Assembly: GCA_041649385.1 (NCBI GenBank)
Contig: JBAZNG010000002.1
Coordinates: forward strand, 1-45,801
DNA: 45,801 nucleotides
Direction: 5' to 3'
From: Candidatus Omnitrophota bacterium
Lineage (GTDB): Bacteria > Omnitrophota > Gorgyraeia > Gygaellales > Profunditerraquicolaceae
The number at the start of each line of letters is the position of its first letter. Position 1 is the stretch's first letter. Position numbers and translations under genes: made by a program. A model generated the notes under the pieces. That model had not been told where the DNA came from. It worked only from the letters and a program-made list of their open reading frames with translations, and did no database searches. Below, piece by piece: positions 1 through 9,140 of this stretch.

Positions 1-457
1 CGAATTTCTCCTCGTAAATGAAAAAAGGGACATCGCTGCCGACTTTTCCGGCCAGCTTGGCCAATTCATCACGGGAAAGCCTTAAACCCCATAGCCTGTT
101 CAACCCCAAAAGCACTGCCGCGGCATTACCTGAACCTCCCCCCAAACCGGCAGCCACAGGAATGCGCTTTTTTATCGCTATATCCAGGCCCTGTTTTAAG
201 TTAAATCTCTGCTGCAAAAGCTTCGCGCTGCGCACGCAGACATTATGCTCATCAAGCGGGACGAGCGCATTGTCGCATCTGATTTTTATCAGGTTGTCTT
301 TAGCGCGCGTCTTAAGGTTTATCTGGTCGGTAAGGCTGATACGGGCGAATAAGGTCTTGAGGTTATGAAAACCATCTTTACGCTTATTCACGACTTCTAA
401 ATAAAGGTTTACTTTGGAAAATGATTGAACAGTTAGTGAGGAGACTGCAGCAGCCAT
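1..457 (-). CDS. ispE: 4-diphosphocytidyl-2-C-methyl-D-erythritol kinase, partial (C-terminus runs off the window start)
   Basis: Manual minus-strand translation from the ATG at 457 gives MAAAVSSLTVQSFSKVNLYLEVVNKRKDGFHNL...KRIPVAAGLGGGSGNAAAVLLGLNRLWGL...VGSDVPFF. This is the GHMP-kinase/IspE glycine-rich motif. It is absent from the ORF track because it is open at the window edge. Confidence 0.8.
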   Translation of the reverse strand, partial: MAAAVSSLTVQSFSKVNLYLEVVNKRKDGFHNLKTLFARISLTDQINLKTRAKDNLIKIRCDNALVPLDEHNVCVRSAKLLQQRFNLKQGLDIAIKKRIPVAAGLGGGSGNAAAVLLGLNRLWGLRLSRDELAKLAGKVGSDVPFFIYEEKF

Positions 458-472
458 GGATTCCTACGACTT

Positions 473-1399
473 TCAGGAGATACCCGATAACACCGTATTC
501 TCTATATCCAAACTGGTAAGGTTGTATTCTTTGAGAAGCTGCGCCGGATCACCGGACTGGCCGAACCGTGCACGTATCCCCAGGCGCATTACTTTCACAG
601 GCGTATCCCGGGAGACTACTTCATCAATAGCGCTGGCTAAACCGCCGACAACGCTGTGCTCTTCGCAGACAACAAAAAACTTTGTTTCTTTAGCGGCCTT
701 CAGGATGGCTTCTGTGTCCAGGGGCCGGATAGTGTGTATATTGATAAGGCGCGCGCTAATGCCCTTGGCGCTTAAATTCTTCACCGCAAGAAGCGCCTCA
801 TTGGCCAGCACGCCACAGGTAAAAATAGTCACCTGGCTGCCCTCAGCAAGGACCTGCGCTTTGCCAAAAGTAAAAACGGGCTTCTCTATGGTAGGCACTT
901 TAGAACGGCCCAGGCGCACGTAAAACGGCCCGCTGATAGAAGCGGCGACGGAAATCGCCTCGGCAGTCTGCGGACCATCGCAGGGAACAATAATATTCAT
1001 CCTGGGCAAAACGCGCATCAACGCGATATCCTCTAACGCCTGGTGGCTTGCCCCGTCCGGCCCGACAGTAAGCCCGGCGTGGGTAGCGACGATCTTAACA
1101 TCAAAATTATTATAACTTATGGAGTTTTTTACCTGATCCCATGCCCTGCCGGAAGCGAATACCGCGAAGGTGGAAACAAAAACTGTTTTCCCGCAGGAAG
1201 CTAACCCTGCGGCGGTAGCCATCATATTTTGTTCGGCCACCCCGAAATTAAAGAAACGCTCCGGGAACTCCCTGGCAAAAAGGCAGGTTTTCGTGGAACT
1301 GGAAAGGTCGGCGTCTAAAACAACGATGTTCTTATTCTCTTTGCCTAGGCGCACTAACGTTTCGCCGTAAATATCGCGCTGGAACAACTGTTCGCTCAT
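473..1399 (-). CDS. transketolase, C-terminal (pyrimidine-binding) subunit of a split enzyme
   Basis: 308 aa with GVAEQNMMATAAGLA and THAGLTVGPDGASHQALEDIALMRVLP motifs. Its start abuts and overlaps the stop of the N-terminal subunit gene. Confidence 0.9.
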   Translation of the reverse strand: MSEQLFQRDIYGETLVRLGKENKNIVVLDADLSSSTKTCLFAREFPERFFNFGVAEQNMMATAAGLASCGKTVFVSTFAVFASGRAWDQVKNSISYNNFDVKIVATHAGLTVGPDGASHQALEDIALMRVLPRMNIIVPCDGPQTAEAISVAASISGPFYVRLGRSKVPTIEKPVFTFGKAQVLAEGSQVTIFTCGVLANEALLAVKNLSAKGISARLINIHTIRPLDTEAILKAAKETKFFVVCEEHSVVGGLASAIDEVVSRDTPVKVMRLGIRARFGQSGDPAQLLKEYNLTSLDIENTVLSGIS

Positions 1400-2220
1400 T
1401 ATGCTAATTCCTTTAAAGCTTTTTCTGCTTCTTCTTTGGTAGGCGCGCGGCCATGGAAACCCACAACGCCCTCCATAAACGACACGCCCTTGCCTTTAAC
1501 GGTGCGGGCGATAATTATTGTCGGCTTGCCTTTAACGGTTTTGGCCTGCTCGTAAGCCGAAAGTATCTGCTGCATGGAGTGGCCATCAATATCAATGACA
1601 TGCCAGCCAAAAGCAGACCATTTCGCAGCTAACGGTTCAAGCCCCATCACATCTTCGCATCTGCCGTCAATCTGGCAACCGTTATAATCCAGGATAGCGC
1701 AGATGTTGTCGCAGGCAAAATGCCCGGCGGCCATAGCCGCTTCCCAGATGTTGCCTTCCTGCGATTCACCGTCGCCGATCAGAACATAGACCCGGTAAGA
1801 TTTCTTATCCATCCTGGCAGCCAGGCTCATGCCTAAACCCACGGATAACCCCTGGCCTAAAGAACCGGAAGCAGATTCCACTCCGGGAGTCCGGCGGTCA
1901 GGATGCCCCTGTAAAAGCGAGCCGAATTTACGCAAAGTCATCAGCTCTTTCTTCTCAAAATATCCTCTTTCAGCCAAGACCGCGTACCAAAGAGGGCAAG
2001 CGTGGCCCTTGGACATATGGAACCTGTCGCGATCCGGCCATTGCGGATTACGCGGGTCGTGGCGCAAAACATTAAAATACAAAGCTGTCACCAGGTCTGC
2101 GGCAGACAAGCTTCCTCCAGGATGCCCGGAACCTGCTTCAGCGAGCATCTGGATGATCAGCCTGCGCACCTGGCGGGCTTTATCGTTTAATTCCTGGATG
2201 GATAACGGATTATTTTCCAT
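1399..2220 (-). CDS. transketolase, N-terminal (thiamine diphosphate-binding) subunit
   Basis: 273 aa with GHPGGSLS and the GDGESQEGNIWEA ThDP-binding motif. It is translationally coupled to the downstream subunit. Confidence 0.9.
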   Translation of the reverse strand: MENNPLSIQELNDKARQVRRLIIQMLAEAGSGHPGGSLSAADLVTALYFNVLRHDPRNPQWPDRDRFHMSKGHACPLWYAVLAERGYFEKKELMTLRKFGSLLQGHPDRRTPGVESASGSLGQGLSVGLGMSLAARMDKKSYRVYVLIGDGESQEGNIWEAAMAAGHFACDNICAILDYNGCQIDGRCEDVMGLEPLAAKWSAFGWHVIDIDGHSMQQILSAYEQAKTVKGKPTIIIARTVKGKGVSFMEGVVGFHGRAPTKEEAEKALKELA

Positions 2221-3178
2221 TAAGTTTTTCTAATTTGCTTTTTATCATTACCTGGGACGGATCAAGCGCCAACGCATGCTCCCAGTTTAACCTTGCCTTA
2301 AGCGTATCGCCTGTCTTTAGATAAAGGTCGCCTAAATGGTCAAAGATGACCGGGTCTTCAAGAAGTAAAGAAGCCCTCTCTAACTCCTCCTGGGCTTCTT
2401 TAAACCTTCCTTTTTTAAAATAAAACCACCCCAGGCTGTCCATATAGGCGGGGTTATCCGGGTCAAGCTCAAGCGCCTTTTTGATCAGCTTGCCGGCTGC
2501 CGCGATATTTTTGCCCTCTTCCAGGTAAGCATAACCCAGGAAATTCAAAGCTTCGTGGTAATCCGGTTTTAATCTTAAAGCCGCCTTAAGATCCTTTTCC
2601 GCGGCAGGCAAGTCCTTTAATTCATAGTTGACGCTGCCTGAATAAAAATATGCCTCCGGGTCTTTCGGGTTTAAGCCAATAAGCAGCTTATAAACACCTT
2701 TAGCCTGGATAAGCTTATTTTGCCGGACGTAAACAGCGCCCAACCCCTTATAAAGATCGGTATTCTCCGGCTGAAGGACAGAGGCGTTCTTCAAAGCAGC
2801 CTCATATTCAACCAAAGCCGGCCCTTCCTGCTTTTGCACAGAATATAGCAAGGAAAGTAAAACATGCGGCTGGACAATAGTAGGATCAAGCGCAATCACC
2901 AGCTTAAGCTCTTTTATCGCCGCCTCAATTTCGTTCTTCTTGATATAGCTTGAGGCCAGCTTAAGCCGCAGTTCCGTATTTTGCGTTTCAGATTGAATTG
3001 CTTTCTGGTATTCCTGGATGGCCTGGTCAAAATCTTCCAGGTCCTCGTAGAGGACGCCCATAATATAATGGCTTAAACTCCGGGCGGCAACCTTATCCCA
3101 TGCTTCTGCGGCTGTAAAATGCGCCGGCAGGAGGCTGAAAATAACCGCAACCAAAAAGCGCTTAAAATTCAGAAACAT
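2210..3178 (-). CDS. secreted/periplasmic TPR-repeat protein
   Basis: 322 aa. An N-terminal hydrophobic signal-like segment is followed by tandem 34-aa TPR-like repeats (for example ...AEKDLKAALRLKPDYHEALNFLGYAYLE...). Confidence 0.75.
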   Translation of the reverse strand: MFLNFKRFLVAVIFSLLPAHFTAAEAWDKVAARSLSHYIMGVLYEDLEDFDQAIQEYQKAIQSETQNTELRLKLASSYIKKNEIEAAIKELKLVIALDPTIVQPHVLLSLLYSVQKQEGPALVEYEAALKNASVLQPENTDLYKGLGAVYVRQNKLIQAKGVYKLLIGLNPKDPEAYFYSGSVNYELKDLPAAEKDLKAALRLKPDYHEALNFLGYAYLEEGKNIAAAGKLIKKALELDPDNPAYMDSLGWFYFKKGRFKEAQEELERASLLLEDPVIFDHLGDLYLKTGDTLKARLNWEHALALDPSQVMIKSKLEKLNGK

Positions 3179-3199
3179 TTTTTTAAGAAGAGCTGCCTG

Positions 3200-3301
3200 T
3201 TAACCCCAGGCTCTCTTCTTCAAGTGGCGAAGTTTCCGGCGCATTTTCTTGCGTTTATGCGTCTTGATCTTCTGCCTCTTTCTTTTTTTTCCACAAGGCA
3301 T
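3200..3301 (-). CDS. 33-aa Lys/Arg-rich small protein (possible small ribosome-associated protein; family not verified)
   Basis: Manual translation gives MPCGKKRKRQKIKTHKRKKMRRKLRHLKKRAWG*. It is preceded by AAAGGAGCAAGC (a GGAG Shine-Dalgarno) and lies in the hisG-TPR intergenic gap. It is below the ORF-track size cut-off. Confidence 0.45.
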   Translation of the reverse strand: MPCGKKRKRQKIKTHKRKKMRRKLRHLKKRAWG

Positions 3302-3311
3302 GCTTGCTCCT

Positions 3312-4202
3312 TTAATAAATCACTTTATTCAACGGGTATTCAATGATCCCCTGGGCGCCGCTCTTCTTAAGCTCCGGGATAAGCACCCGCACCACCTTTT
3401 CATCAATGATCGTTTCAATGGCGAACCATCCATCGTCGGATAAGCCGGAGATCGTCGGTTTTTTTAAAGCGGGGAGTTTAGCAATCACTTTTTTCAGGTC
3501 GGTTTTTCTGACATTCATCTTTAAGCCGACCTTCTCTTCAGCGGAGATCGCCCCTTTTAAAAGGATAACAATCTCTTCCATCTTCTCCTTCTTCCAGCTG
3601 TCCTTATAGGCCTTCTTATTGGCGACAAACTGCGTGATCGATTCACAAAGCGTGGCGATCTCAACCAGTTTATTCGCCCTTAATGAGCTGCCCGTTTCGG
3701 TAAGTTCAACAATAGCGTCCACAAGCCCGGCGCTGACCTTGACCTCCGTAGCGCCCCAGCTGAATTCTATCTCCACATCCACCTTATTTTTCTTGAAATA
3801 TTCCCTGGTGACATTGACTAACTCGGTGGCAATGCGCTTGCCGGCAAGGTCTTTTACTTTCTTAATGCCGGAATTCTGCGGGACAGCCAAAACCCAGCGC
3901 ACCTTGTTCAGGCTTTGCTTGGAATAACTCAAATCCGTGACTCTGACAACATCGGAGTTGTTCTCTAAAATCCAGTCATTGCCGGTGATCCCGCAATCCA
4001 AAGCGCCATCCTGCACGTAGCGGGACATCTCCTGCGCGCGCAAGAGGACCACCTGGATCTGGGGGTCATCTATAGACGGGAAATAAGAGCGGGAATTCGG
4101 CAGAGTAACATTAAAACCCGCTTTCTTCAGCATCTTGAATGTGGATTCCTGCAGGCTGCCTTTAGGCAACCCTAATTTTAATACTTTGGCATTATCGCTC
4201 AT
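3312..4202 (-). CDS. hisG: ATP phosphoribosyltransferase (long form)
   Basis: 296 aa with [17 protein letters not shown] and [18 protein letters not shown] motifs plus a C-terminal regulatory domain. Confidence 0.9.
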   Translation of the reverse strand: MSDNAKVLKLGLPKGSLQESTFKMLKKAGFNVTLPNSRSYFPSIDDPQIQVVLLRAQEMSRYVQDGALDCGITGNDWILENNSDVVRVTDLSYSKQSLNKVRWVLAVPQNSGIKKVKDLAGKRIATELVNVTREYFKKNKVDVEIEFSWGATEVKVSAGLVDAIVELTETGSSLRANKLVEIATLCESITQFVANKKAYKDSWKKEKMEEIVILLKGAISAEEKVGLKMNVRKTDLKKVIAKLPALKKPTISGLSDDGWFAIETIIDEKVVRVLIPELKKSGAQGIIEYPLNKVIY

Positions 4203-4286
4203 ATTCTTTCCTTATGATAATTAGAATGGAAATCAGGTTTTTATTATATCCGGATATAAAACTTTTGTAAAGCAAAAATATTCGGG

Positions 4287-6959
4287 TCAGCCTAAATGGA
4301 TATCCAGGGTATTTGGCTTGGACTTCGGCAGGTTAAGGACGACCTCGCGGGTAAAAACCGCCCGCGCTGCCTGGGGGACAGGCAAAAGTTGAGAATTCAA
4401 TATAACCTTCGTGAGCTTATATTTACCGAATGCAAGCCGACGGGGATTAAAAAAATTCACGCAGATCCTCCTGCCGGCAAAAACACGCTGGATGCTTATT
4501 TTAGAAGAACGCTCAAACTGCTCCGCGGATAATTTAGGTTCGATGACCAGGTCGCCGTCCTCACCCTTTATGCCGAACGCTTCGGTAAGCAGCGTAAGCA
4601 CGAACCAGCTGGCTGAACCGGTAAGGTAAGCGTACATACCCCGGCCGTCCAGGTCAAAGTATTCAGGAAGGCAGGGGTAAACCTTGCTCGTCTTAGTGTG
4701 GGAAGCCATTTTGTAAAGCGAATCCAATATGCGCCAGGCGCTTTCTGTAAAAGATTTCTTGTATAGCGCGTAAGCGAACATCACGACCATATGGCTGAAC
4801 ACCGCCCCGTTCTCTTTCTCCCCGTAAGCAAAAGAAAACGCCCTTCCTAAATCACGTTGCTCTGCGCCAAAATCCGTGTTTAAGCGTATGCCTCCTGCCC
4901 GGCTATCCAGAAGATATTTTCTTACGCTATTTAAGATCTCCGCAGATTGTTTTTGGGTAGCTACGCCGGAAAGGATAGCAAACACCTGGGAGGTCAAGGT
5001 CATTCGCGTTATGCCCCTGGTTTTACCTTCCAGCCGCTTCTTACGGTTATCGTAATAACCATTGAAAAATCCTTCCTTAAGCCATTCAGTCTTACGGATA
5101 TGCTCCTTCATCCATAAAGATTTTGCCTTGAGGTTGCGCGCCAAAACAGTTACGCTGACAGAAGCCTGTTCGCCGGAAATGGCAAAGCAGGCCTTGGAAA
5201 AATAACGCTTAAGCAATTTTTGTTTTGCTGCGGGAGCGCTGAAACCTGTCGCATTAAGCAAGATGCGGATTTCGCGGGCAAGCAAGACATCTTTCCTGCC
5301 TGTTCTTAAGAGAAGTTGCGCTAAAAGTTCCAGGTTATGCGCGTACATCGCGCTGAAAGCCACGCTTTCGCCGTTTTGAGCAGCCATATCCAGCCCGTCG
5401 TTCCAGTCTGCGCCTTCCAAGCGGACATGATTATGGCTGCCGACATTAAAAAACTGCACCAGATTTTCTACGAGCAGGTGTTCAAATACAGAACCCCGGT
5501 AGACCTTGCCGGATACGGTTTTAAGCTGGTTGCCGCAGGCGCTGTTCCAAAGCCGGTCAATGCCCTGCGCGCGGTTAATCTCATGATTGCGAAAGTACGC
5601 CGCTTTTTCAAAGAGAATGCCGGTATCCCCTGTTTCGTTGATATAAAGGTCCAGGGTCAACAGCGGCCAGACCCCATGGTCCATCCATACACGGCTTAAA
5701 TTATTACGGTCAGCAATAAACCTGTTGCTTTTCGAACACTCTTTACAGATGATCGTGGCGTTTGAACCGTCAATCTTTACGCCGCAGAAATTATCCACCA
5801 GGGTTTGGCGGATCGGCCCCGGGTCATTCAAAATAAGGCTTAAAGAATCTTGCCATAGGTCGCGCCATCCTCGGCCGCCTTTGCCATAATCAAAATCAGG
5901 CAAAAATGAACAACCGAATATCCTCCTTAGAACCGGCTGAATATTTACCCAGGAGAACCAATTGTTAAAATCGCTCTCCGGGGTATCCAGGGTTATTTTC
6001 TTGCTCTGGCTGATCCAATATTTTTTGGTCTCCTCAAAAGAAAATTGGACTTTTGAAAACGAAGCAAACCTCTTCTTTAAGGCCGCCAGGTCCGGCGAGC
6101 CTTCTTTAATGCCCATGACAATTATATAAGTAACCGACTTTCCCGGAGCCAAAGTGACATCGGCAAAACGCAAAGCAGCCATAGGTTCTTTACCCTGGAC
6201 AGAACCGCGGCAGGGGATTTTGTTTTCTAAGACCGTTTCCGGCGCCTCCAGGTCGCCTGAATCGCCGCAAAAACTTTCCAAAGTAGGGTAAATATACCGC
6301 GGCGAACAACCGGCCTGGTCCCAACCCAGGACAAAATAACTTGTTTTATTCGGTTTGTGGCCGGATTCATCGAACAAAAGAGTAGGTTTTACCAGGACGC
6401 CGGATTTATCAATTTTTACGCGGGTTAATAAAGAACTCACATGCCGGTGATCGCGCAGGGAACCTGCGCCCCGCGCATAAAGAGGTATTGCCGCATAAGG
6501 AGTAAAAGACACCCTCTGCCGGGAGATATTGGTCAGCTCAACCTGCATCAGTTCAACAGCGTCTTTGCCTACAGGCACAAATGAGAGTATCTCTGACCTT
6601 AAACCTACAGAATTATTGCTTCTTTCTACGCGCTGCCAAAGAAGCCCAGCCTCAAGGGTGAATTTATCAGCGCGGATCTGTTTGATATCTTTAGAAACGC
6701 CGCTGGCTGACCAGATTTTGTTTTTATTGATATGTACCCAGAAATTACGCGAATATTTTTCCTCTGAAAGGTCTATGCGGGTTGCTGGAGGCATAAGGAA
6801 AGAATCCTGGCCGGTTTTGATATCGCCGTGCAGATCCGGCGTAATCGCAGAGGCCAACGCTTCATTACAAAGCGGCAGATACAAACTGTTAAATTTATAC
6901 GCGTTGTCCGAGCGGAAACTTCCGCAATCATCCGTAAAATGATAGAGAGTATTTTCCAT
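4287..6959 (-). CDS. large glycoside phosphorylase/hydrolase, GH94-like (cellobiose/chitobiose phosphorylase superfamily); family-level call only
   Basis: 890 aa. The size and the EGADWNDGLD-type motif are reminiscent of the GH94 catalytic domain. No signal peptide is apparent. Confidence 0.55.
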   Translation of the reverse strand: MENTLYHFTDDCGSFRSDNAYKFNSLYLPLCNEALASAITPDLHGDIKTGQDSFLMPPATRIDLSEEKYSRNFWVHINKNKIWSASGVSKDIKQIRADKFTLEAGLLWQRVERSNNSVGLRSEILSFVPVGKDAVELMQVELTNISRQRVSFTPYAAIPLYARGAGSLRDHRHVSSLLTRVKIDKSGVLVKPTLLFDESGHKPNKTSYFVLGWDQAGCSPRYIYPTLESFCGDSGDLEAPETVLENKIPCRGSVQGKEPMAALRFADVTLAPGKSVTYIIVMGIKEGSPDLAALKKRFASFSKVQFSFEETKKYWISQSKKITLDTPESDFNNWFSWVNIQPVLRRIFGCSFLPDFDYGKGGRGWRDLWQDSLSLILNDPGPIRQTLVDNFCGVKIDGSNATIICKECSKSNRFIADRNNLSRVWMDHGVWPLLTLDLYINETGDTGILFEKAAYFRNHEINRAQGIDRLWNSACGNQLKTVSGKVYRGSVFEHLLVENLVQFFNVGSHNHVRLEGADWNDGLDMAAQNGESVAFSAMYAHNLELLAQLLLRTGRKDVLLAREIRILLNATGFSAPAAKQKLLKRYFSKACFAISGEQASVSVTVLARNLKAKSLWMKEHIRKTEWLKEGFFNGYYDNRKKRLEGKTRGITRMTLTSQVFAILSGVATQKQSAEILNSVRKYLLDSRAGGIRLNTDFGAEQRDLGRAFSFAYGEKENGAVFSHMVVMFAYALYKKSFTESAWRILDSLYKMASHTKTSKVYPCLPEYFDLDGRGMYAYLTGSASWFVLTLLTEAFGIKGEDGDLVIEPKLSAEQFERSSKISIQRVFAGRRICVNFFNPRRLAFGKYKLTKVILNSQLLPVPQAARAVFTREVVLNLPKSKPNTLDIHLG

Positions 6960-7027
6960 AGGATTTTAAGTTAGCATAGAGGAATGCCTTTTTCAAGGGA
7001 TTTTAGGGAAATCCCCGCCAAATGCAT

Positions 7028-7061
7028 AAAACCCGCTTGAGCACTGAACAAAGCGGGTTTT
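7028..7061. terminator. bidirectional-looking stem-loop terminator
   Basis: AAAACCCGCTT / AAGCGGGTTTT forms an 11-bp stem around a 12-nt loop, with A/T runs on both sides. It lies between the small membrane ORF and the GH94-like gene. Confidence 0.5.
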
Positions 7062-7093
7062 ATGGTTAGCGAAGACAGGCTGTCGGATAAAGG

Positions 7094-7231
7094 CTATTTC
7101 TTTATCGCCCCATGCACATCCTCATATTTCTTCATTAATTTCACGATATTGTTGTTGACCCTGCGCAGGTTGAGTGAAATATCCACAAGAAAAACAAAAA
7201 TAAAAACCAGGATCATTGCCAATGTCACCAT
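7094..7231 (-). CDS. 45-aa small membrane protein
   Basis: Manual translation gives MVTLAMILVFIFVFLVDISLNLRRVNNNIVKLMKKYEDVHGAIKK*. A strong AAGGAGG Shine-Dalgarno lies 6 nt upstream. One N-terminal TM helix is apparent. The opposite-strand track ORF 7062..7253 looks spurious. Confidence 0.4.
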   Translation of the reverse strand: MVTLAMILVFIFVFLVDISLNLRRVNNNIVKLMKKYEDVHGAIKK

Positions 7232-7257
7232 CGCTACCTCCTTTTTGGATTAACCAG

Positions 7258-8013
7258 TTACCCCCGGAAATAAGGCGTTTCAAAAAACCGGGAGTTCAAC
7301 ACTTCTATAAAACAGCCTTCTTTGGCCGTCCTTCTTATCGCAAAACACAAAGCTACCGCGCACATGGGAAAGACTTTGCATAATATTTTAGCCAGGCCCA
7401 GCGGAAAAGGATAAAACCCGCTGCCTCTTGCCGTAAGGACCTCAAAGTAACCGTCGGCCTGGATAAACCTTTCAAAAGAAGGCCGCATAATCCCACGCAC
7501 ATGCGGCCCAAGCAGCTCCAATGAACCGGGGGGCTGGCCAAACAGGAATCGTATCCGGTTATGCCAGGAGGCGATATTCGGCACAGCCACGATCAAAAGC
7601 CCGCCCTTTTTCAGCACGCGGGAAACCTCCGAAAAAACCCAGAATATCTCCTTAGTGTGCTCAATGATCTGATTAGCGATAACTACATCAAAATACCCGT
7701 CCGGAGAAGGGATGGCCGCGGCCTCTAAATTAATATTGTAAGCGGTGATCCCCTCTGAAGAAATTTTCTGGCAATGCGGCGCGAAAGAATCAACTCCGTA
7801 TAAAGAGATGCCCTCTGTCGGCCAATGCTTACGGATATTCTGCAGGTCCTTGCCCTGGCCGCAACCTAAATCCAGGATCTTCAGGTTTGGCGAAGGCGTA
7901 TGAAGAACAGCAAACCTGTCCAAAAGTTCAATGATCAAACTCCTGCAATACTCCTGTTCATCAGGATGAGAATAGATGGTTTTAAAAAACCTGGATATTG
8001 ATCTGGGCAGCAT
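7258..8013 (-). CDS. class I SAM-dependent methyltransferase
   Basis: 251 aa with motif I ILDLGCGQG and post-I/II elements (VVIANQIIEH, LKKGGLLIV). Confidence 0.8.
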   Translation of the reverse strand: MLPRSISRFFKTIYSHPDEQEYCRSLIIELLDRFAVLHTPSPNLKILDLGCGQGKDLQNIRKHWPTEGISLYGVDSFAPHCQKISSEGITAYNINLEAAAIPSPDGYFDVVIANQIIEHTKEIFWVFSEVSRVLKKGGLLIVAVPNIASWHNRIRFLFGQPPGSLELLGPHVRGIMRPSFERFIQADGYFEVLTARGSGFYPFPLGLAKILCKVFPMCAVALCFAIRRTAKEGCFIEVLNSRFFETPYFRG

Positions 8014-8043
8014 CTTTTAAACCATCCGCAATCTACTTTGGCC

Positions 8044-8271
8044 TTAACTGGAAAGTAACTGGTAATAATTATTGATAGCGTTTAATGACCTGACAAAAAC
8101 AACACCCAAAAGGTAGCTTAAAACAATCACCGCCGCGCTTGAGATGATCTTTACCTTTTTGCTGAAATTAGGATTGGCCCAGAGCAAAGGCAGGACAAAC
8201 GGTCCGACGCATAAAAAAAAGATGACCAGAGCGGAAATACTGAAATACCATTTATCTTTGCGCAGCCCCAT
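8044..8271 (-). CDS. small two-TM membrane protein, unknown function
   Basis: 75 aa with two hydrophobic helices. The reading frame appears codon-consistent. Confidence 0.5.
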   Translation of the reverse strand: MGLRKDKWYFSISALVIFFLCVGPFVLPLLWANPNFSKKVKIISSAAVIVLSYLLGVVFVRSLNAINNYYQLLSS

Positions 8272-8307
8272 CCTTGACCTCTTGCTTTACCGCCTGAAGC
8301 GGGCATC

Positions 8308-8484
8308 TCAACGCACTAACTCCGATATCTTCTTTTCAATTAATTTCTTATGCTTCTGTTCCTCGGTAACAAGCAAAGAAAGCAGCTCTTTGAGCTGGGG
8401 ATGGCCGATAAGCATATCCTGGTACATCCCGATCGCCTCTTCCTCCTTGCTCAAAGCCAGCCTAAGCACTTCCATATCGATCAT
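8308..8484 (-). CDS. 58-aa ferritin/rubrerythrin-like helical protein
   Basis: Manual translation gives MIDMEVLRLALSKEEEAIGMYQDMLIGHPQLKELLSLLVTEEQKHKKLIEKKISELVR*. The E-x-x-A...E-E-x-x-H pattern resembles a single ferritin-like helix pair. Confidence 0.4.
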   Translation of the reverse strand: MIDMEVLRLALSKEEEAIGMYQDMLIGHPQLKELLSLLVTEEQKHKKLIEKKISELVR

Positions 8485-8515
8485 GCCTGCCCCCTTATGT
8501 TTTAGGACCGTTTTT

Positions 8516-8905
8516 TTAGAACTTTAACAAGGCAACATCCCAATCCCGGCTGTTAAACTGTTTGTAGAACTCCTCATTATTAGCATTAAGCCATTCATTG
8601 AATGCTTTCAGATCAGAGAACTTCTTATCGGGCTTGCCGTCGTAGTCGGTATCCGCCTCGGCAGAAACGAACTTTCCATTCTTGGCGTGCACGGTTATAT
8701 CGGCCTTGCCGTCGTAGTTGGTATCCGCCTCGATCTTGCCAACGTATTCGCCATCCTTATGATAAGTGATATCCGGCTTGCCGTCCTTGTTCACATCCGT
8801 TGACCGGGTTACCGGCCCTTTTGAGGCGCAAGGTGTTTGCGCGTAAACATTTGCGCAAAATAATACCAAGAAAAATATAATGATTACGTTAATCTTATTC
8901 ATCAC
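8516..8905 (-). CDS. secreted protein with three D-x-N/D-x-DGKxD calcium-binding-like repeats
   Basis: 129 aa. A signal peptide (IIFFLVLFCANVYA-QT) is followed by DVNKDGKPDI, DTNYDGKADI and DTDYDGKPDK repeats. Confidence 0.65.
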   Translation of the reverse strand: MMNKINVIIIFFLVLFCANVYAQTPCASKGPVTRSTDVNKDGKPDITYHKDGEYVGKIEADTNYDGKADITVHAKNGKFVSAEADTDYDGKPDKKFSDLKAFNEWLNANNEEFYKQFNSRDWDVALLKF

Positions 8906-8920
8906 CCCTCCTTTTAAGTC

Positions 8921-8955
8921 TAATTATACACTAATTAAGTTTAATTATACACTAA
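8921..8955 (-). promoter_or_regulatory. tandemly duplicated extended -10 promoter (TGTATAAT) for the 8516..8905 gene
   Basis: The 14-bp direct repeat TAATTATACACTAA occurs at 8921-8934 and 8942-8955. On the minus strand each copy reads TTAGTGTATAATTA, which contains TGnTATAAT. Confidence 0.35.
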
Positions 8956-8974
8956 CCACGTATGGAAAACAATA

Positions 8975-9005
8975 AAAAACCCGCTTAAAATTTAAGCGGG
9001 TTTTC
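8975..9005 (-). terminator. rho-independent terminator downstream of tRNA-Met
   Basis: AAAACCCGCTTAAA / TTTAAGCGGGTTTT forms a stem followed by a T-run on the minus strand. Confidence 0.7.
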
Positions 9006-9021
9006 TCATGGTTGCGGGGAT

Positions 9022-9045
9022 TCCCTGCCTGCCGTCAGGCAGGGA
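9022..9045. repeat. perfect 10-bp-stem hairpin TCCCTGCCTG-CCGT-CAGGCAGGGA (CCTGCCTG/CAGGCAGG repeat family)
   Basis: Read directly from the sequence. Related CAGGCAGG-rich segments occur at 20924-20963 and 38896-38928. Confidence 0.7.
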
Positions 9046-9066
9046 CTTGAGCGCTTCCAGAATTAA

Positions 9067-9140
9067 TTGCGGGGGACTGATTTGAACAGTCGACCTCAAG
9101 GTTATGAGCCTTGCGAGCTACCAGGCTGCTCCACCCCGCG
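9067..9140 (-). tRNA. tRNA-Met(CAU), initiator-type
   Basis: The minus strand reads CGCGGGGTGGAGCAGCCTGGTAGCTCGCAAGGCTCATAACCTTGAGGTCGACTGTTCAAATCAGTCCCCCGCAA. Initiator hallmarks are a C1:A72 mismatch and A11:U24. The anticodon stem has only two consecutive G:C pairs rather than three. No CCA is encoded. Confidence 0.85.

Noticed and set aside
18-923. Plus-strand track ORFs 18..368 and 456..923
   Set aside because: They lie antisense to well-supported ispE and transketolase genes. Their composition is low-complexity and Ser/Arg/Leu-rich, typical of shadow frames, and they have no Shine-Dalgarno.
7062-7253. 63-aa plus-strand ORF
   Set aside because: It has no ribosome-binding site and starts inside a terminator hairpin. 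The opposite strand carries a 45-aa ORF with a perfect AAGGAGG Shine-Dalgarno, which I prefer, though that call is only moderately confident.
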